From an uncultured Acidobacteriota bacterium (GTDB lineage Bacteria > Acidobacteriota > Thermoanaerobaculia > UBA5066): DNA of 64,000 nt. Under the pieces are notes generated by a model, which worked only from the letters and a program-made list of their open reading frames with translations, did not search any database and was not told the origin of the DNA. The position numbers were made by a program, and so were the translations under genes. The stretch lies in the NCBI GenBank assembly GCA_963779415.1, contig CAVZYA010000003.1:192001-256000 (forward strand), written 5' to 3'. The stretch's first letter is position 1; each line of letters opens with the position of its first letter. Shown in pieces: positions 59,328 through 64,000 of this stretch.

Positions 59328-60541
59328 ATGAAGCTCTCCGAGCTCTTCTCCGTCGTCGTCGACGCCCTTCGCGTCAACAAGCTGAGATCCTCTCTGACGC
59401 TCCTCGGCGTGATCATCGGAGTCACGACGGTCGTCTCGGTGCTCTCGATCATCACGGGCCTGAACGACTACGTGATGAGCAAGGTGATCAACCTGAACCC
59501 GGATGTCATCATCTTCACGAAGTACGGGATCATCCGGAACCGCCAGGAGTTCATCCTGGCGCGCAAGCGCAAGCCGATCACGATGCGCGACCTGAAGCTC
59601 GTCCGGGCCGAGTGCCTCTCCTGCGGAGCCGTCGGGGGACAGGGGGACCAGGTCGCGAACGTGAAGGCGATGGGCCGGAAGCTCTCCGGCGTCCCGATCA
59701 CGGGCTACACCGCGAACGCCGCCACCCTCCTGAACGTCGACCTCGAGGCCGGCCGCTTCTTCACGCCGGCCGAGGAGGACCACTCGGCCGCGGTCGCCGT
59801 CATCGGGTACGACGTGAAGGACCAGCTCTTCCCGACGCTGGATCCGATCGGCCGGACGATCTACGTCAACGGCTACCCGCTGACGGTCATCGGCCTCCAG
59901 AGCAAGCTCGGCAACGTCCTCGGCCAGAACCGCGACAAGGTCGCCTTCGTCCCCCTCTCGTTTCTCCAGAAGGTGATGACGTCGGACGAGGGAATCTCGA
60001 TCCTCGTCCGCCCGGTCGCCGGCATGAAGGGCCTCGACGAGGCCGAGAGCGAGGTGCGGACCGTCCTGAGGTCGCTCCGGCGGACCCCGTTCCGCAGCGA
60101 CGACCCCTTCGGCGTCGTCGGCGCCGAGGCGATCCAGTCGCTCTGGCGGTCGATCTCGGCGGGGGCCTTCGCGGTGATGATGCTCGTCTCCGGCATCTCC
60201 CTCGTCGTCGGCGCCATCGTCATCGCGAACATCATGTTCGTGTCGGTCGTCGAGCGGACGACGGAGATCGGGGTGAGACGGGCTCTCGGGGCACGGCGGC
60301 GCGACATCAAGCGCCAGTTCCTTGTCGAGGCGGCCGCCCTCGCCACGCTCGGGGGCGCCGTGGGGGTGATCGGGGGGCGCTCGTCTCTCTCGCGGTCAGC
60401 CAGGTCTTTCCGGCCACCGTCCAGCTTCGCTACGTGATCCTCGGCCTCGTGACCTCGACGCTGACCGGCGTCCTCGCGGGGCTCGCTCCCGCGTCTGCGG
60501 CCGCCCGGCTGACGCCGATCGAGGCGCTCCGCCATGAGTGA
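59328..60541 (+). CDS. MacB/FtsX-type ABC permease, frameshifted near C-terminus
   Basis: RSSLTLLGVIIG, NIMFVSVVERTTEIGVRRALGA; PIEALRHE in the shifted frame after a G6 run at about 60375. Confidence 0.9.
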
Positions 60542-60550
60542 GGACGCCCC

Positions 60551-61822
60551 GTGAGCCCCCTCGTCTTCGCGATCGGCCGGGGCTTCGGCTCGAGCGTCCG
60601 CTTTGCGGCGGTCGCGATCTGGGAGCACAAGCTCCGCTCCTCGCTCACGATCCTCGGGATCGTCGTCGGCGTGACGACCGTGATCGCCATGGTCGCGATC
60701 GTCACCGGTTTCAACAACAACGTCATCGGGAACGTGCAGGCCTTCGGGGCGAACCGGGTCGAGTTCCAGAAGTACGACGACCGCTTCGGCCCCGGCGGGC
60801 CCAACGACGACGAGGAGCGGCGCCGGAGGAACCTGACCGTCGAGGACGCGGGGGCGCTGCGGGACGAGGTCCCGGAGGCCGCGGCCGTCTCGACCCTCTG
60901 CGCCTACGACGACGCCGAGGTCCAGGTCAAGAACGGCAATCTCCTCGCGAACAACCCCTACGTCCTCGGGGCGGACGAGTTCTACCCGGTCGCGACGGCG
61001 TACGGTGTGGGACGGGGCCGCTTCTTCACCGCGGCAGAGGTTGCGCACAACGCGCTCGTGACCGTGCTCGGGTCCGAGGTCGAGGAGGCGATCTTCCCGA
61101 GCGAGGACCCGATCGGCAAGGATGTCACGGTGAACGGGATGCGGTACCGGGTTGTCGGCGTCCTGGCCCGGAAGGGGGCGCAGTTCGGCTACTCGCCCGA
61201 CAACAAGATCCTCCTGCCGAGCGGGATCTTCGCGCGGCAGTTCGGCTTCCGGATCCGGCGGGACGGCGTCCGGATCTGGATCGTGCCGAAGCGGAACGAG
61301 GGCCTCGAGACGGTCATCGAGAAATCCGTCGCGGTCCTCCGGATGCGCCGGAAGGTCCCGTTCAACAAGCCGAACGATTTCGCGATCGTCACGCCCGATC
61401 AGCTCATCTCCCAGTTCCGCGCCATCACGGGGGGCGTGACCGGCGCGATGGTCTTCATCGCGCTCATCTCGCTCGTCATCGGCGGCGTGGGCGTCATGAA
61501 CATCATGCTCGTCTCCGTGACGCAGCGGACGCGCGAAATCGGCCTCCGCAAGGCGGTCGGGGCGCTGCGCCGCGACATCGTCACGCAGTTCCTCGTCGAG
61601 GCGATGACCCTCACGAGCATCGGGGGCGCGATCGGCGTCGCGCTCGGGATCGCGATCTCGGCGACCATCAAGGCGCTCGTCCCGTCGCTCCCCACGGCCG
61701 TCCCGCTCTGGTCCCCCGTCCTCGGCCTCGCGGTCTCGGCAGCCGTCGGCGTGTTCTTCGGCGCCTGGCCCGCCGTCAAGGCCTCCCGCCTCGACCCGAT
61801 CGAGTCACTCCGCTACGAATGA
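60551..61822 (+). CDS. MacB/FtsX-type ABC permease
   Basis: RSSLTILGIVVG, GGVGVMNIMLVSVTQRTREIGLRKAVGA, DPIESLRYE. Confidence 0.93.
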   Translation: MSPLVFAIGRGFGSSVRFAAVAIWEHKLRSSLTILGIVVGVTTVIAMVAIVTGFNNNVIGNVQAFGANRVEFQKYDDRFGPGGPNDDEERRRRNLTVEDAGALRDEVPEAAAVSTLCAYDDAEVQVKNGNLLANNPYVLGADEFYPVATAYGVGRGRFFTAAEVAHNALVTVLGSEVEEAIFPSEDPIGKDVTVNGMRYRVVGVLARKGAQFGYSPDNKILLPSGIFARQFGFRIRRDGVRIWIVPKRNEGLETVIEKSVAVLRMRRKVPFNKPNDFAIVTPDQLISQFRAITGGVTGAMVFIALISLVIGGVGVMNIMLVSVTQRTREIGLRKAVGALRRDIVTQFLVEAMTLTSIGGAIGVALGIAISATIKALVPSLPTAVPLWSPVLGLAVSAAVGVFFGAWPAVKASRLDPIESLRYE

Positions 61823-61869
61823 GCGCGGGGGGTCGGCCTCCACTCCGGTGACGCCGGGCCAGGCCGCCC

Positions 61870-63156
61870 TTATCCCGGGATCCGCTCGATGGAGGCGCCG
61901 AGGGAGCGGAGTTTCGCGTCCATCCCGGCGTAGCCGCGGTCGAGGTGATAGATGCGGCGGACGCGCGTCTCCCCCCGCGCCGCGAGACCGGCGAGGACGA
62001 GAGCGGCCGAGGCCCGGAGGTCTGATGCCGTGACGGGAGCCCCTTCGAGCGGTGTCGGACCCCGGACCACGGCGGCGTGGCCGGCGAGCCGGACGTCGGC
62101 GCCGAGGCGATCCAGCTCGGCGACGTGCAGAAACCGGTTCTCGAAGACCGTCTCCTCGATCCGGGAGGTTCCCCGGCCCTGCGTCATCAGGGCGAGGAAC
62201 TGGGCCTGCAGGTCCGTCGGGAAGCCCGGATGGGGCGCCGTCCGGACGTCGGTCGCGCGGAGCGGGCCATCCCGCGAGACGCGGATCGATCCCGGCCCGG
62301 TCTCGACGTCGACTCCGGCGCGGCGGAGGGCGTCGAGGAACGCCGTCAGGTCGTCGGCCACGGCGCCCGTGACGGTGACGTCGCCCCCGCTGATCGCGCC
62401 CGCCGCGAGGTAGGTTCCCGTCTCGATCCGATCGGGGAGGATGACGTGAGGGCTCGGACCCGTTCCGCCGAGCCGCTCCACCCCCTCGACCCCGATCGTC
62501 GCCGTCCCGGCTCCCTCGATCCGGGCCCCCATCGTGGTGAGAAGCCGCGCGACGTCGACGACTTCGGGCTCGACGGCGGCGTTCTGAAGCACCGTCCGGC
62601 CCCGGGCGAGCACCGCGGCGAAAAGGACGTTCTCGGTCCCCGTGACCGTCGGCTGCGGGAAGGTGATCTCGGTTCCGACGAGCCGTCCCGCTGAGGTGGA
62701 AACGCGCGAGACGTGGGCGTGGATATACCCTTTCTCGACGGCGACCCGCGCCCCCATCGCTTCCATCGCCGCGATGTGGAGATCGACCGGCCGGACGCCG
62801 ATCGCGCATCCACCCGGCAGCGACACGCGGGCTTCGCCGAAGCGGGCGAGAAGGGGCCCGAGGACGAGGATGGAGGCCCGCATCGTCCGGACGAGGTCGA
62901 ACGGGGCTTCCGTCGAGGAGACCTCGTCGGAGCGGAGCGTGAGCCTCCCGCCTTCTTCCCGCCGGACGGCGACGCCCATCTGCTCGAGGAGAACCCCCAT
63001 CGTCCGGACGTCCACCACGTCCGGGACGTTCTCCAGCACCACGGGCTCGGCGGTCAGGAGGGCCGCCGCGGCGGCCGGCAGGGCGGCGTTCTTCGCGCCG
63101 CTCGCTGCGACGGTTCCGGCGAGGCGCGACGGGCCGCGGATGAGAAAGGCGTCCAC
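61870..63156 (-). CDS. murA: UDP-N-acetylglucosamine 1-carboxyvinyltransferase
   Basis: GAKNAALP, MRASILVLG, LPGGCAIG.RP, PDRIE, PGFPTD, DLRA, HLDRGY. Confidence 0.97.
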   Translation of the reverse strand: MDAFLIRGPSRLAGTVAASGAKNAALPAAAAALLTAEPVVLENVPDVVDVRTMGVLLEQMGVAVRREEGGRLTLRSDEVSSTEAPFDLVRTMRASILVLGPLLARFGEARVSLPGGCAIGVRPVDLHIAAMEAMGARVAVEKGYIHAHVSRVSTSAGRLVGTEITFPQPTVTGTENVLFAAVLARGRTVLQNAAVEPEVVDVARLLTTMGARIEGAGTATIGVEGVERLGGTGPSPHVILPDRIETGTYLAAGAISGGDVTVTGAVADDLTAFLDALRRAGVDVETGPGSIRVSRDGPLRATDVRTAPHPGFPTDLQAQFLALMTQGRGTSRIEETVFENRFLHVAELDRLGADVRLAGHAAVVRGPTPLEGAPVTASDLRASAALVLAGLAARGETRVRRIYHLDRGYAGMDAKLRSLGASIERIPG

Positions 63157-63234
63157 GCGAGTGGAAGTCTACCGGCCCGCCGACACCGGCTGCGGACGAG
63201 AGTGCCGCTTTCTTCCAAGATAGGATCGCTTTCG

Positions 63235-64000
63235 ATGAATTCGGTCTCTCCTCCGAGGATCCGGGAGAACGTCTCTCTCCTCCGGCACCACACCTTTCGA
63301 CTCGACGTGCGTGCCCGGTACTTCGCCCAGATCCGATCCGCCGCGGAACTGCAGCTCTTCGTCGGTGAGAGACTTCGTCCCGGACGACTCCTGGTTCTCG
63401 GGAGCGGCGCCAATCTTCTCTTCACGGGGGATTTCGACGGCCTCGTCCTCAAGATGGAGCTTCTCGGCAGGCATGTCGTCTCCGAAGATTCGGAGAGCGT
63501 CGTCCTCGACGTTGCCGCCGGCGAGGACTGGCCGCGCCTCGTCGCGGACGTCGTGAAAAGGGGATGGGGCGGCATCGAGAACCTGGCGCTCGTCCCCGGC
63601 ACCGTCGGCGCCGCCCCCATCCAGCACATCGCGGCCTACGGGCACAACCTTCAGGACGTCTTCGTCTCTCTCGAGGCTTTCTCCGTCAAGGACGGGGCCG
63701 TCCGGACTTTCTCGCACGATGACTGTCAGTTTGGCTATCGGGAGAGCGTCTTTCGCCGGGAGCTTCGCGGGGCGTACGTCGTCACGAGCGTCCGGCTTCG
63801 CCTCAGCAAGCGTCCCTCGTTGAATACGAGCTATCGATCCCGGTACGAGTCGCTGGAGGACGAACTCGCGAAGGGCGGGAGCGGGCCCTGGGGCGTCCGC
63901 GACGTTTACGGGGCCGTCGTCGCCATCCGAAAGCGGAAGCTGCCCGACATCAAGCGAATCGGAACCGCGGGGAGCTTCTTCAAGAACCCCGTCGTCTCGC
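63235..64000 (+). CDS. murB: UDP-N-acetylmuramate dehydrogenase (partial; runs off the window)
   Basis: Manual translation from ATG 63235: LGSGANLLF, GIENLALVPGTVGAAP, FGYRESVF, GTAGSFFKNP. Confidence 0.93.
   Translation, partial: MNSVSPPRIRENVSLLRHHTFRLDVRARYFAQIRSAAELQLFVGERLRPGRLLVLGSGANLLFTGDFDGLVLKMELLGRHVVSEDSESVVLDVAAGEDWPRLVADVVKRGWGGIENLALVPGTVGAAPIQHIAAYGHNLQDVFVSLEAFSVKDGAVRTFSHDDCQFGYRESVFRRELRGAYVVTSVRLRLSKRPSLNTSYRSRYESLEDELAKGGSGPWGVRDVYGAVVAIRKRKLPDIKRIGTAGSFFKNPVVS

Overview
High-GC bacterial chromosomal segment. Gene content, a PheT lacking its OB domain and a repeated C-terminal surface-protein domain suggest Acidobacteriota, possibly Thermoanaerobaculia; this is an inference. 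The left part (1-24.7 kb) is mostly a minus-strand core region: boxA-like leader, two tRNA-Val, thrS, infC (AUU start), rpmI, rplT, pheS, pheT, zapB-like, zapA, 6S RNA, rny, ymdB, then mscL, DUF481, Trm112, O-antigen ligase, xseAB, ispA, two Zn dehydrogenases, tlyA, nadK and a tamB-like gene. Two plus-strand genes interrupt it: a CDF transporter and a secreted Zn-phospholipase-C-like protein with a beta-barrel-like tail. The right part (25-64 kb) is accessory-rich: membrane Ser/Thr kinase, two TA modules, D-Ala-D-Ala dipeptidase, a GT2/B12-radical SAM/flippase trio, M13 peptidase, GMC oxidoreductase locus, secreted GH38 mannosidase with a self-contained PTS, methionine gamma-lyase, DUF885, MltF, a CSLREA surface protein, MacAB-like genes and divergent murA/murB. 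The best candidate for an undescribed system is at 37.0-40.0 kb. A 57-aa ORF absent from the ORF track consists of a signal peptide, a 7-residue core and an IPTL-CTERM-like sorting tail. It is coupled to an HEXXH membrane protein fused to an internal twin-arginine dehydrogenase gamma-subunit domain, followed by a GMC flavoprotein. Eight genes between 33 and 60 kb carry frameshifts, probably sequencing indels. No CRISPR array, rRNA or transposase was seen.
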